Source: a bacterium
GTDB taxonomy: Bacteria > Bacteroidota > Rhodothermia > Balneolales > M1805
Direction of reading: 5' to 3'
Length of the DNA: 64,000 nucleotides
Assembly: GCA_006226965.1 (NCBI GenBank)
Contig: SBGQ01000167.1
Span: forward strand, 21,484 to 85,483
How positions within the stretch are numbered: the first letter of the stretch is position 1; each line of letters begins with the position of its first letter. Below, in pieces: positions 17,251-26,321 of the stretch. A program made the position numbers and the translations under genes. Under the pieces are notes generated by a model. The model saw only the letters and a list, made by a program, of their open reading frames with translations, was not told where the DNA came from and searched no databases.

Positions 17251-18004
17251 AATCATAGTACTGATTTTACTGATAACGGGCTGTGCTTCAACCAAAAATG
17301 AAACGGTAAAAGTACAGCCCGTTTCTGTATCCGAGATTGTTCCGATTCAATCTTATCCCTCATGGTTTGTACACCCGCCGGAAGGACTTTGGGGAATCGG
17401 CGTTTCTGAATTCTCTGCCTTTGCACCTGAGAAATCCTATTCTCGTGCTTTCGAAAATGCGGTAGAGGATATGAACAGCAATGCATTTGTTGTTGTAACA
17501 ATTGAACAATATCGGGAAAACAGCGCATTTCAAACGCAAGAAGAGGTTGCAATTGGCGATCAATTCGGTTTTGATAATGTTGTAAAAGTTGACTCAATGG
17601 TTTGTGAGGGATTGGTGTTTTATTTGATTAGCGATAAAGCAGCAACCATTGAAAGTCAAAAAGTACACATGCCGTTAAGAGCTCCTGTGCAATTAACGGA
17701 AAACAGAGTCTTGCTATCAGGAGATCATTATTGGGCTTGGGGATTTAATGAACTAACCCAATTCAACCCTTATAAAACATGGGCGATTTCTAAACAACAC
17801 GCCTTAAAGAATTTAGGCTTATATACAGCCATGCGTGTACAATCGCTTGATAAAATCTACAATGAAGACTTACAGACTGTAAGTTATATAAAGTCGAGAA
17901 TTGCAATTAGAAATGTACGTGTTGCTCATCGTTGGATAGATGATAAAAAAGGATTTTCGATTATTGATGTAAGCCAAAGCAGTATTGTAAACTTAACTGA
18001 TTAA
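17234..18004 (+). CDS. lipoprotein with two LPP20-like modules
   Basis: 256 aa. TTG start overlapping the upstream gene by 17 nt, with no alternative ATG. Lipobox LITGCAS. It has a PSWFVHPP motif paralogous to the preceding gene. Confidence 0.55.
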   Translation: MVKTTKIIVLILLITGCASTKNETVKVQPVSVSEIVPIQSYPSWFVHPPEGLWGIGVSEFSAFAPEKSYSRAFENAVEDMNSNAFVVVTIEQYRENSAFQTQEEVAIGDQFGFDNVVKVDSMVCEGLVFYLISDKAATIESQKVHMPLRAPVQLTENRVLLSGDHYWAWGFNELTQFNPYKTWAISKQHALKNLGLYTAMRVQSLDKIYNEDLQTVSYIKSRIAIRNVRVAHRWIDDKKGFSIIDVSQSSIVNLTD

Positions 18005-18016
18005 ACAGGTGTTATT

Positions 18017-19261
18017 ATGAAAAAGATGATTTGGGCAACACTTTTTGCGAGTGTATTATGTGTTAATGTTGCTTATGCTCAAGATGATTTTGAAGCTTTT
18101 AAGAAACAGCAAGAGCAAGGGTACACGAGTTATGTAAAAGAAGTAGAGAAAGGTGTAATCGCTTCTGAAGCAGATTTTGAAGCCTATCAAAAAAGAGAAA
18201 AAGAAGCATTTGAAGCATTTAAAAAAGAGATGTTCGAACTGTGGGGAGATTTTAAAGAGCGTACACAAAAAGATTGGGTTGAGTATAAAGAAACCGGACG
18301 CCTGCGGTCATCTGTAGATTTTGAAAAAGGTAAAGCCAGAGTTGAAATCATTGTAGATAATACGTCAGAAATTGAAAAAGCTAAAGAGCAAATGTTTCAG
18401 GCTTTGGTAAATACCTTTAATGATAAAGGTTCCGAAAAAGAATACATCCCGACTCCAAAAAAAGAAAAATCAACCGACAAAAAAGATAATAAAACTCAAG
18501 CTCCGGCAATGCCTGAAGCACCTGCTCCGGCGCCAAAACCGGTTTCTAATAAACCTGTTTTAGACAAGCAACTTCCCATCAAGAACAATTCAAACAGTGA
18601 AAAAGAAAAACTGGCGAATAACTTGGTGAAAGAAAATGTTAAGACCAAACAAGTGAAAGGCGTTGACGGAAACGACCGTGTTGTTGTTTATGTTGATTTT
18701 GATTTAGCTCCCGACCATTTGCAAACGCGCGCCAAAGAACATGAATCTGTAATTCATGAATTTGCCAGAAAAAACAACATTAATCCGGCTTTGGTTTTTG
18801 CAATTGTTCATACAGAATCGTATTTCAACCCAATGGCAAAATCTCCGGCTAACGCTTATGGTTTAATGCAGGTTGTTCCAACAAGTGGTGGCCGCGATGC
18901 ATACAAAAAAGTACATGGAAAAGATGGCGTACCTACCGCTGATTATTTATTCAAACCCAAAAATAATGTTGAGTTAGGAACAACCTATATGTTGATTTTA
19001 CTAAACAGCTATTTCAGTGGTGTGGATGACGAAATTACGCGTGAATATTTAACTATCTGCGCCTATAATACCGGTGCAGGAAATGTTGCAAAGGCCTATA
19101 ACGGAACGTTTAATATCAAAAAGGCTATTCCGCTCATTAATAAAAAAACATCTGCCGAGAACTATGACTTCCTAATTTCAAAGTTGCCTTACAAAGAAAC
19201 TCAGGATTATCTGAAGAAAGTTTCTGACCGAAAAAAGATGTATGAAAGCTGGTCTAAATAG
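18017..19261 (+). CDS. MltC-like lytic murein transglycosylase
   Basis: 414 aa. Signal peptide, a charged and Pro-rich linker, and a C-terminal SLT domain (IVHTESYFNPMAKSPANAYGLMQV). Confidence 0.75.
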   Translation: MKKMIWATLFASVLCVNVAYAQDDFEAFKKQQEQGYTSYVKEVEKGVIASEADFEAYQKREKEAFEAFKKEMFELWGDFKERTQKDWVEYKETGRLRSSVDFEKGKARVEIIVDNTSEIEKAKEQMFQALVNTFNDKGSEKEYIPTPKKEKSTDKKDNKTQAPAMPEAPAPAPKPVSNKPVLDKQLPIKNNSNSEKEKLANNLVKENVKTKQVKGVDGNDRVVVYVDFDLAPDHLQTRAKEHESVIHEFARKNNINPALVFAIVHTESYFNPMAKSPANAYGLMQVVPTSGGRDAYKKVHGKDGVPTADYLFKPKNNVELGTTYMLILLNSYFSGVDDEITREYLTICAYNTGAGNVAKAYNGTFNIKKAIPLINKKTSAENYDFLISKLPYKETQDYLKKVSDRKKMYESWSK

Positions 19262-19346
19262 AAAGTAGATTTTGTAACCATCGCAGTTATGGCAATCACC
19301 CGAAAAATCGACTGGTACAAACTCAACGAGCAAATCAATTAAAGCA

Positions 19347-19376
19347 AAAGCCTGAGGCAAAACCTCAGGCTTTTTT
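19347..19376 (+). terminator. intrinsic terminator
   Basis: GCCTGAGG (19350-19357) pairs with CCTCAGGC (19363-19370), followed by TTTTTT. Confidence 0.75.
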
Positions 19377-19498
19377 CATTCATTTTAGTGATTGATTGAA
19401 GTAAGAAAATATTCTTCAAAAAAATGTATTCAACTACTTGCTATTTCATGATAGTTCATGTTTTTTAGGGGCTTATTCAACCATTTGGAGTCCTTTTT

Positions 19499-20611
19499 AT
19501 GGCAAAGTCCAATTACGATTATACGATAGGCATTGAAGAAGAGTACATGATTGTAGATCCTGAAACCGGTGAGCTCGCTTCAGCGGTTGAGGTGTTGCTT
19601 GAAGAGGGTAAAGACCGACTCGGAAATACCTTGTCAACTGAGATGATGCAATGCCAAATTGAGATTGGAACGCGAGTTTGTACGTCCATTCAGGAGGTTA
19701 AAGAACAGCTTTTACATATTCGCAAAGAAGTGTCAGATTTGGCTCATGCAAAAGGATTAGCAATTATTGCCGCCGGAACGCACCCATTTTCAAAATGGGA
19801 TCAGCAAAATATAACATCTCGCGCTCGCTATTTAGGTCTCGAGGTTGAAAATCAGATATTAGCCAGACAATTGATTATTTGCGGAATGCACATGCACGTC
19901 GGCATTGAGGATAAAGAACTTCGTATCGACCTCATGAATCAATTGCGTTATTTCTTACCGCACTTATTAGCTTTATCAACTTCTTCACCAATGTGGGAAG
20001 GAATTGATACGGGTTTGAAATCGTACCGTAGCGTTATTTTTGAGCGTTTTCCTCGTTCCGGTATTCCCCCGGCGTTACGTTCTTGGAACGAATATCAGGA
20101 ATATTTAGACATAGCAATAGAAACTAAATCGATGGACGAACCCACCAAAATTCGTTGGGATATTCGCCTATCTCCGCGCTATCCAACCTTAGAGTTTCGT
20201 ATTTGTGATGTCTGTACCCGAGTTGAAGATGCCATTGCTATTTGCGGATTGAAAGTTGCCTTGGTTCACAAACTCATCAAACTGAGAAAAAACAACATGC
20301 AATGGCGTGAGTACCGCAAAGAACTTATTCAAGAGAATAAATGGCGTGCTGTTCGCTGGGGTTTGGGCGGAAAATTGGTTGACTTCGGTAAACGAAAAGA
20401 AATTGACGCCAAGAAACTCATTTTCGAATTACTCACTTTCGTGGATGACGTTTTGGATGATTTAGGAATCCGTGAGGACGTTTCACACATCCACAATATT
20501 CTTACCGAAGGTACATCAGCTGACCGCCAATTACAGGTTTTTAAAGAAACCAAGAGTGGAAAAGCAGTTGTTGATATGCTTATAAAAGACACTTTAAAAG
20601 GAATTGAGTAA
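19499..20611 (+). CDS. carboxylate-amine ligase (YbdK / glutamate-cysteine ligase family 2)
   Basis: 370 aa. The N-terminus TIGIEEEYMIVDPETGEL and the overall pattern are typical of the GCS2 family. Confidence 0.8.
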   Translation: MAKSNYDYTIGIEEEYMIVDPETGELASAVEVLLEEGKDRLGNTLSTEMMQCQIEIGTRVCTSIQEVKEQLLHIRKEVSDLAHAKGLAIIAAGTHPFSKWDQQNITSRARYLGLEVENQILARQLIICGMHMHVGIEDKELRIDLMNQLRYFLPHLLALSTSSPMWEGIDTGLKSYRSVIFERFPRSGIPPALRSWNEYQEYLDIAIETKSMDEPTKIRWDIRLSPRYPTLEFRICDVCTRVEDAIAICGLKVALVHKLIKLRKNNMQWREYRKELIQENKWRAVRWGLGGKLVDFGKRKEIDAKKLIFELLTFVDDVLDDLGIREDVSHIHNILTEGTSADRQLQVFKETKSGKAVVDMLIKDTLKGIE

Positions 20612-20639
20612 GTACTTTTTTCAGATTCACATTTCAAAC

Positions 20640-20669
20640 TTGATAATCGTTTACAAATACCCGTAACTT
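20640..20669 (+). promoter_or_regulatory. candidate promoter for the riboswitch-receptor transcript
   Basis: TTGATA (20640-20645), an 18-nt spacer, then TAACTT (20664-20669). Confidence 0.3.
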
Positions 20670-20687
20670 TGCGGTGCCTATCCGAGA

Positions 20688-20782
20688 CTCGGATGGTAGG
20701 GGTGCTGTTGCATTGGGCAATGGCTGAGATAATACCCTTTAACCTGATCCAGATAATGCTGGCGTAGGAAACCACCGGAAAT
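20688..20782 (+). promoter_or_regulatory. TPP (thiamine pyrophosphate) riboswitch
   Basis: Contains the THI-box core GGGGTGC...GCTGAGATAATACCCTTTAACCTGATCCAGATAATGCTGGCGTAGGAA (20699-20770). P1-like TGGT/ACCA arms flank it. It lies 60 nt upstream of the TonB receptor ATG. Confidence 0.85.
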
Positions 20783-20842
20783 GCTTTTATAAATAAACCG
20801 GCCAATCCTCAAAAGCACCAACTGAAACATATCAATTGGTCA

Positions 20843-23320
20843 ATGAAAAATTTAAAATCAATCTTTTTGTTTGGGATGATAATTACCATTCTGAACACAA
20901 CTTCAACGTGGGCACAATTTGTAAAAGGAAAAATTATTGATGCTCAGACAAAAGAAACGCTTATCGGTGCAAGTGTTGTAGAGTTTGCAACAGAAAATGG
21001 AATTAGCAGCGATATTAGCGGGAAATTTGAGCTCAAAGTAAAAGAGTCAAAAGGGGTTTTGGTTATCTCTTTTGTGGGATATCAATCCAAAAAAGTGGAA
21101 TTCTTATCAAATGATGTAGATTTAGGCGAAATAGTGCTGTTGCCTGAGTCAATTTTAAGTAATGATATAATCGTTCGAGCACAGCGTGTTGATGAATCCA
21201 CTCCAATGGCGTTTCAGACAGTGACAAAAAATGAGATTGAAGCGTTAAATGTCGGGCAGGATTTGCCTTATTTGCTGCAAATGACACCTTCACTTTTATC
21301 CAGTTCGGATGCGGGAGCTGGAGTTGGATATACATATATGTCGATTAGGGGAGTTGATCAAGCCAGAATAAATGTGACAATAAACGGCATTCCTATTAAC
21401 GATGCTGAATCGCACGGAGTTTGGTGGGTGAATATGCCCGATTTAGGAAGTTCTGTTGAGTCCATTCAAATTCAGCGTGGAGTCGGGACTTCAACGAATG
21501 GTTCTGCTGCATTCGGCGCTAGTATCAATGTGGAGACATCGCCTTTAAATGCTGAACCTTTCGCAGAATTAAACACAAGTTTCGGTTCGTTCAATACATT
21601 AAAAAAGTCCGTTCAATTCGGAACGGGATTGTTTAAAAGCGGCTGGGCATTTGATGCGCGATTATCACAAATAGAATCAGACGGATACGTAGATCGTGCA
21701 TCCAGCGACTTAAATTCGTATTTCTTAAATGCCAGTTACAACGGCGATAATCAACTTTTGCAAATTAATGTGTTTTCAGGTAGAGAGAAAACGTATCAAG
21801 CTTGGTATGGAACGCCGGAAGCTTTGGTTTATGGAAATTCAGCTGATTTAGACGATTATATCAACAGAAATTGGCCGAGTGCCGCTGACGAAGCAAACTT
21901 GAGAAGTTCAGGCCGCCGTTACAATTATTACACCTACGATAATGAAACCGACAATTACAAGCAGGACCATTATCAAGTGCACTATAGTCGTAAGTTTTCC
22001 GATGAATGGAATGCCAATATATCGCTTCATTACACAAATGGACGTGGTTTTTATGAGTCGTACAAACGCGATGCAGATTTTTCGACCTACAATTTGCAGC
22101 CCATATCGGTTAATGGACAATTGGTAGAATCCAGCGATTTAATTCGTCGCGAGTGGTTGGATAATGATTTTTACGGCGCAACGTACAGTGTAGAATGGCT
22201 TCCATCAAATAATACTCAAATACGGTTAGGCGGAGCAGCAAACCAATATGACGGCGACCATTTTGGTGAAGTTATTTGGGCGCAATATATGGGCAATTCG
22301 CCCATAAGAAACCGATATTACGATAATGTCGGTAAGAAATCGGATGTGTCCGGATTTGTGAAAATCTCTCAAAACGTGGGCTCGTTTATTTTTTACGGTG
22401 ATTTTCAACTCAGAAAAATTAATTACGAATTTCAGGGTTATGACCGTAACCAGAACAACCAAATTACTCCTTTAAATTTGGAAGACCCCTTGCTGTTTTT
22501 TAATCCAAAAGCAGGAGTGACTTGGAATGTCGCAGAGCGTCAGCGAGCGTTTGCTTCATTTAGTGTCGGGAATAAAGAAGCCACACGAAATGAATATGTG
22601 AATTCAGTGTTCCAAACGCGCCCCAAACACGAAACTCTATACGATTTTGAAGCTGGTTATCAAATCGGTTTCGAAAAGGCGCAAATAGGAATAAATCTGT
22701 ATTGGATGCAATACGCCAATCAACTTTTAGAAACCGGAGCTATTAACGATGTGGGCGAATATGTCCGCCAAAATGTGAGTGATAGTTATCGTTCAGGAGT
22801 TGAATTGAGCGGAATGTGGAATATGACACAAAATGTAACTTGGTCAGGTTCCGCTACGTGGTCTAAAAACAGAGTAAGTGAATTTGTGTATTACATGGAT
22901 AATTATGATTTACCCTATGTGAACGGACTTCCTCAACAAAATGCTCAGACGTTTAAAGATTCACCGCTTGCCAATTCTCCTGATTTGTTGCTTAATTCAT
23001 CACTAAGCTGGAAATGGAACGGTATTACAAGTGAATGGTTGAGTAGATATGTATCTCGTCAGTATTTGGATAACACAGGTTCAAGTGCAAAAAGTATTCC
23101 GACATTTTGGGTGAACGATATTCGTTTAGCTTATACACTTTCTCTGAAAGGAAACACACAAATCGAGTTGAATGTGTTGGTAAACAATCTGTTTAACGAA
23201 TTATATGCTTCGCGCGGTTATACTTATTCCTATGTGTATGGCGGCGATGTAATTACAGAGAATTTCTATTATCCTCAGGCAGAACGGAATTTCTTAACTC
23301 AAATTCGTTTCAAGTTTTAG
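20843..23320 (+). CDS. TonB-dependent outer-membrane receptor, probably thiamine-related given the riboswitch
   Basis: 825 aa. Signal peptide, carboxypeptidase-regulatory-like N domain (GKIIDAQTKETLIGASV), plug domain, long barrel, and a C-terminal ...QIRFKF. Confidence 0.85.
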   Translation: MKNLKSIFLFGMIITILNTTSTWAQFVKGKIIDAQTKETLIGASVVEFATENGISSDISGKFELKVKESKGVLVISFVGYQSKKVEFLSNDVDLGEIVLLPESILSNDIIVRAQRVDESTPMAFQTVTKNEIEALNVGQDLPYLLQMTPSLLSSSDAGAGVGYTYMSIRGVDQARINVTINGIPINDAESHGVWWVNMPDLGSSVESIQIQRGVGTSTNGSAAFGASINVETSPLNAEPFAELNTSFGSFNTLKKSVQFGTGLFKSGWAFDARLSQIESDGYVDRASSDLNSYFLNASYNGDNQLLQINVFSGREKTYQAWYGTPEALVYGNSADLDDYINRNWPSAADEANLRSSGRRYNYYTYDNETDNYKQDHYQVHYSRKFSDEWNANISLHYTNGRGFYESYKRDADFSTYNLQPISVNGQLVESSDLIRREWLDNDFYGATYSVEWLPSNNTQIRLGGAANQYDGDHFGEVIWAQYMGNSPIRNRYYDNVGKKSDVSGFVKISQNVGSFIFYGDFQLRKINYEFQGYDRNQNNQITPLNLEDPLLFFNPKAGVTWNVAERQRAFASFSVGNKEATRNEYVNSVFQTRPKHETLYDFEAGYQIGFEKAQIGINLYWMQYANQLLETGAINDVGEYVRQNVSDSYRSGVELSGMWNMTQNVTWSGSATWSKNRVSEFVYYMDNYDLPYVNGLPQQNAQTFKDSPLANSPDLLLNSSLSWKWNGITSEWLSRYVSRQYLDNTGSSAKSIPTFWVNDIRLAYTLSLKGNTQIELNVLVNNLFNELYASRGYTYSYVYGGDVITENFYYPQAERNFLTQIRFKF

Positions 23321-23323
23321 CAT

Positions 23324-23355
23324 AAAAAAAGGCTTCTGGTTTCAGAAGCCTTTTT
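23324..23355. terminator. bidirectional intrinsic terminator between convergent genes
   Basis: A-run, then GGCTTCTG (23331-23338) paired with CAGAAGCC (23343-23350), then a T-run. Confidence 0.75.
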
Positions 23356-23420
23356 ATTTCAAGAATAGCTGTTCAAATGTGGTGGATTAAATCAATTCAA
23401 GAAATCAACCATAAAAAAGC

Positions 23421-25178
23421 TTAAAACTGAACGCTGAGCTCCATTGCTTTACCATCACGAAGAATATGAACGGTTGATGTATCACCTTTTTTAAACTGGT
23501 TAAGAGCGTCCATATAATCATAAATATCTTTCAGTTTTTTGCTGCCTAACTGAACAATCACATCACCGTTTTTGAGTCCGGCTTTTTCACCGGGGCGGCC
23601 CTCGCTTGTTCCTGTAATACGCATTCCTTCACCGCGATAACCGTAATCAGGTAAAACACCCAAGGTAGTACCGGACATCGTTACACTTCGTTTTTGGGTT
23701 ACAGGTGCTTCAGTAAAATAAAACTCCTCTGTTGTTTTAGTGTCAAGGTCTTCGATAACTCGCGCTACATGATCTAAAACCATCTTTTCACCCATAGTAT
23801 TAATGAACTCGGTATCATCAGAAGGGCGGTGATAATCGCTGTGTGTATCGGTAAAGTAATGCAAAACAGAAACGTTTTTATTGTAAAAGCTGGTATGGTC
23901 GCTAGCCCCGGTTCCGTCAGGAACTTGTTTAATTTCAAGTTGGTCGGTGTTCGCTTTGGTAATTAAACTATCCCAGGCATTCGCTGAACCTGTTCCGAAA
24001 ATGAGCAGATTACGATTGTTGAGGCGACCAATCATGTCCATATTAATCATGGCGCGCATATTTTCAAGTGGATAAGTGGGGTTGTTTACAAAAAAATCAG
24101 AACCTAAAAGCCCCATTTCTTCACCTGAAAAAGTGAGGAAAATCAAATCATGATCCATACGATGTTCAGAAAAATAATCGGCTAACTCGAGTACACCCGC
24201 TGTGCCTGAAGCATTATCATCTGCGCCGTTGTGAATTTGCGGAGTTTTTGAGCCGGATAAAGAATTCGAACCGCCCATACCTAAATGGTCATAATGTGCA
24301 CCAACAACTATAGCTCCCAAACCTTCTTTTTTACCTTTAATAATTCCGGCGATATTTTTGGCAATAACCGTTCTTTCCTGCACATCAGTCTTAATTTCAA
24401 TTTCTTTAGAAGAAGCTTTAAAAACAGATTTCTTGTTTTTGTTGATGTCTTTTTGGTACGCTTCCAAATCAACACCGGCATAATCTTTGGCAAGTTTAGC
24501 ACCAATTTCAGCGGAAACCTGAACCACAGGAATAGAAGTACGAGCTTTTCCGCGCTTATAATCCATGTTTAAACCCTCGGTTGTGTAAAGCGGAGCTTCT
24601 GAAATAATTACACCAATAGCGCCTGCTTCAATCAGATTTTTAACCTTTTTATCTAAACTCCAGTGGAATCCGAAAGCTGTATGTGGGTTAGAATCACCTT
24701 CCGGACCAAAACGCATAATTAAAACCACATTCCCTTTAATTTTCGGGTTAATATCGTTGTATTTCAAATCCGGAGCATTAATACCATAACCGGCAATAAC
24801 CAACTTCCCTTTTGCTGATGCCGTTGCAGCACCAGCCCATGCTAAAATCGAATCGGTATCAGAAGAAAAAGATTCATGTTCGGTTAAGATAGAACTACCG
24901 GTCGGCCCCTCTTCGTACCCTTTCACAACATCAAATTCTTGAATAAAACGTCCCTCAGTTCCGAGCGGTTCAAGTTGAGCTTCCTTAAAACGTTCAATAA
25001 TATAGTGCGAAGCCAAAGCCTCACCCAAAGAACCGGTATCGCGACCTTTTAAAGAATCGGAAGCCAAGTACGAAATATGAGCTTTAATGTCTTCCGAAGT
25101 AATATCAGGGCTAAAATTTGAGGTATAAGATGAACAAGCGCCGAGCACAAGCAAAGATGAGATATAAAGTGATTTCAT
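23421..25178 (-). CDS. M28-family aminopeptidase with PA and C-terminal PDZ domains
   Basis: 585 aa. Lipoprotein-like signal (LVLGACS), M28 motifs HYDHLG, GADDNASGTAGVLE and SGEEMGLLGS, and a PDZ-like GLKNGDVIVQLG. Confidence 0.8.
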   Translation of the reverse strand: MKSLYISSLLVLGACSSYTSNFSPDITSEDIKAHISYLASDSLKGRDTGSLGEALASHYIIERFKEAQLEPLGTEGRFIQEFDVVKGYEEGPTGSSILTEHESFSSDTDSILAWAGAATASAKGKLVIAGYGINAPDLKYNDINPKIKGNVVLIMRFGPEGDSNPHTAFGFHWSLDKKVKNLIEAGAIGVIISEAPLYTTEGLNMDYKRGKARTSIPVVQVSAEIGAKLAKDYAGVDLEAYQKDINKNKKSVFKASSKEIEIKTDVQERTVIAKNIAGIIKGKKEGLGAIVVGAHYDHLGMGGSNSLSGSKTPQIHNGADDNASGTAGVLELADYFSEHRMDHDLIFLTFSGEEMGLLGSDFFVNNPTYPLENMRAMINMDMIGRLNNRNLLIFGTGSANAWDSLITKANTDQLEIKQVPDGTGASDHTSFYNKNVSVLHYFTDTHSDYHRPSDDTEFINTMGEKMVLDHVARVIEDLDTKTTEEFYFTEAPVTQKRSVTMSGTTLGVLPDYGYRGEGMRITGTSEGRPGEKAGLKNGDVIVQLGSKKLKDIYDYMDALNQFKKGDTSTVHILRDGKAMELSVQF

Positions 25179-25305
25179 GATAAAATTGATGTAGGTATCA
25201 AAGACAAATGAACCGCCAATTTAGTGAAAATTAGAATAAGGCTTCAATCATTCCTTAAAATAGAAGAGATGGATGAAATCAATAAATCAGCAAAATCATT
25301 TATTT

Positions 25306-25424
25306 GGGCGTTCCCTGTAATTGTAGCAATTACAGGTCGGGCTTTCCGCTTGTAGTCCTCGCTCGCAAGCTCGCTGTGGGCTACCGCTGCAATCCCTAAC
25401 GCAGGAGGTGATTTGGGGATGTAA
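25306..25424. other. GC-rich structured element of unknown class (candidate small RNA or REP-like element)
   Basis: Perfect 10-bp inverted repeat CCTGTAATTG-tag-CAATTACAGG (25314-25336). Degenerate direct repeats GGGCTTTCCGCTTGTAGTCC (25339-25358) and GGGCTACCGCTGCAATCCC (25378-25396). The second helix GTAGTCC (25352-25358) paired with GGGCTAC (25378-25384) includes a G-U pair only on the plus strand. The element ends in AGGAGGTGA-N7-ATGTAA. Confidence 0.3.
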
Positions 25425-25480
25425 GTTTTAAATAAACTTAAATCAATCAGAAAACGCTTTCCCAATTATATCCACGAATT

Positions 25481-25509
25481 TTGCAAATAAAGACCTATCA
25501 GGCTATAAT
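25481..25509 (+). promoter_or_regulatory. sigma70-like promoter for the ThrE exporter pair
   Basis: TTGCAA (25481-25486), an exact 17-nt spacer, then TATAAT (25504-25509), 44 nt before the ATG at 25553. Confidence 0.5.
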
Positions 25510-25552
25510 CTTTTATAAGTTTGATTAACATAAACAGGATGTAATAAATCAA

Positions 25553-26320
25553 ATGTCAGACTCAATACCCGATGTAAAAAAAGTTGGCGCCTTGCTTTTA
25601 GAAATTGGTGGTTTATTAATGAGTTCAGGCGCCAGTTCAGAACGGATTCGTATTACTACAAACCGAATTGCAGAAGCATTCGGTTATTCCTGCGATTTGT
25701 TAATTACGCATCGCGCGCTCATGATCAGTGTAAATTCTAATAACTCAAACGAATTTTTTAGCAGTTTAAAACGCACTTCACCGCACGGTGTCAATTTCAC
25801 AGTGGTAAGTGGAATCAGCAAAATGAGTTGGAAAATTGTAGAAGAAAACTGGTCGATAGAGCTTATCAAAGAAGAAATGGCTCGTCTGAAATCCATCAGT
25901 GCCTATCCGCGTTGGTTAACCTTAGTTTTGGTGGGTTTGGCTGGTTCGGCTTTTTGTTTTCTTTTTGGCGGAGCCGGTTTAGAAATGGCGGTAACTTTTA
26001 CAGCAACAGTAGCCGGATTGTATGTACGCCAGGAAAGTCATAAACTCAAGTTTAATCCCTATCTGAATGTTTTTTTTGGTTCAGTAACCGCTTCAATGAT
26101 TTCAGGCTTACTCAGTAAGTTCGATTGGGGGACAAACCCCGAAACGGCGTTTGCGACTTCCGTTTTGTTTTTAATTCCCGGAGTTCCTCTTATCAACTCA
26201 TTTACAGATTTAATGGACGGAAATATTATGAACGGCGTTATCCGCGGATTTAACGGATTAATGATTGCCTTAGCTATTGCTTTAGGTATGTTGGTTTCTT
26301 TAATGATTTATCAGATGTAA
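25553..26320 (+). CDS. threonine/serine exporter family protein, ThrE N-type subunit (DUF1212)
   Basis: 255 aa with LLLEIGGLLMSSGASSERIRITTNRIAEAFG, which is typical of the family. Several TM helices. Confidence 0.75.
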   Translation: MSDSIPDVKKVGALLLEIGGLLMSSGASSERIRITTNRIAEAFGYSCDLLITHRALMISVNSNNSNEFFSSLKRTSPHGVNFTVVSGISKMSWKIVEENWSIELIKEEMARLKSISAYPRWLTLVLVGLAGSAFCFLFGGAGLEMAVTFTATVAGLYVRQESHKLKFNPYLNVFFGSVTASMISGLLSKFDWGTNPETAFATSVLFLIPGVPLINSFTDLMDGNIMNGVIRGFNGLMIALAIALGMLVSLMIYQM

Positions 26321-26321
26321 T

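Noticed and set aside
20329-20805. 158-aa minus-strand ORF.
   Set aside because: It is antisense to the 3' end of the YbdK-type ligase gene and runs through the TPP riboswitch. The same reasoning applies to the other long antisense ORFs in the track: 616..894, 1069..1380, 1455..1904, 5145..5513, 17253..17597, 37507..37818, 38910..39242, 40968..41258, 49496..49846 and 59821..60168. All lie inside well-supported genes on the other strand.
25244-25465. 73-aa minus-strand ORF in the peptidase/thrE intergenic region.
   Set aside because: Its reading frame is carried by the GC-rich repeat and hairpin element (translating as ...ALGIAAVAHSELASEDYKRKARPVIATITG). There is no plausible start context. 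I treat it as a by-product of the structured element.
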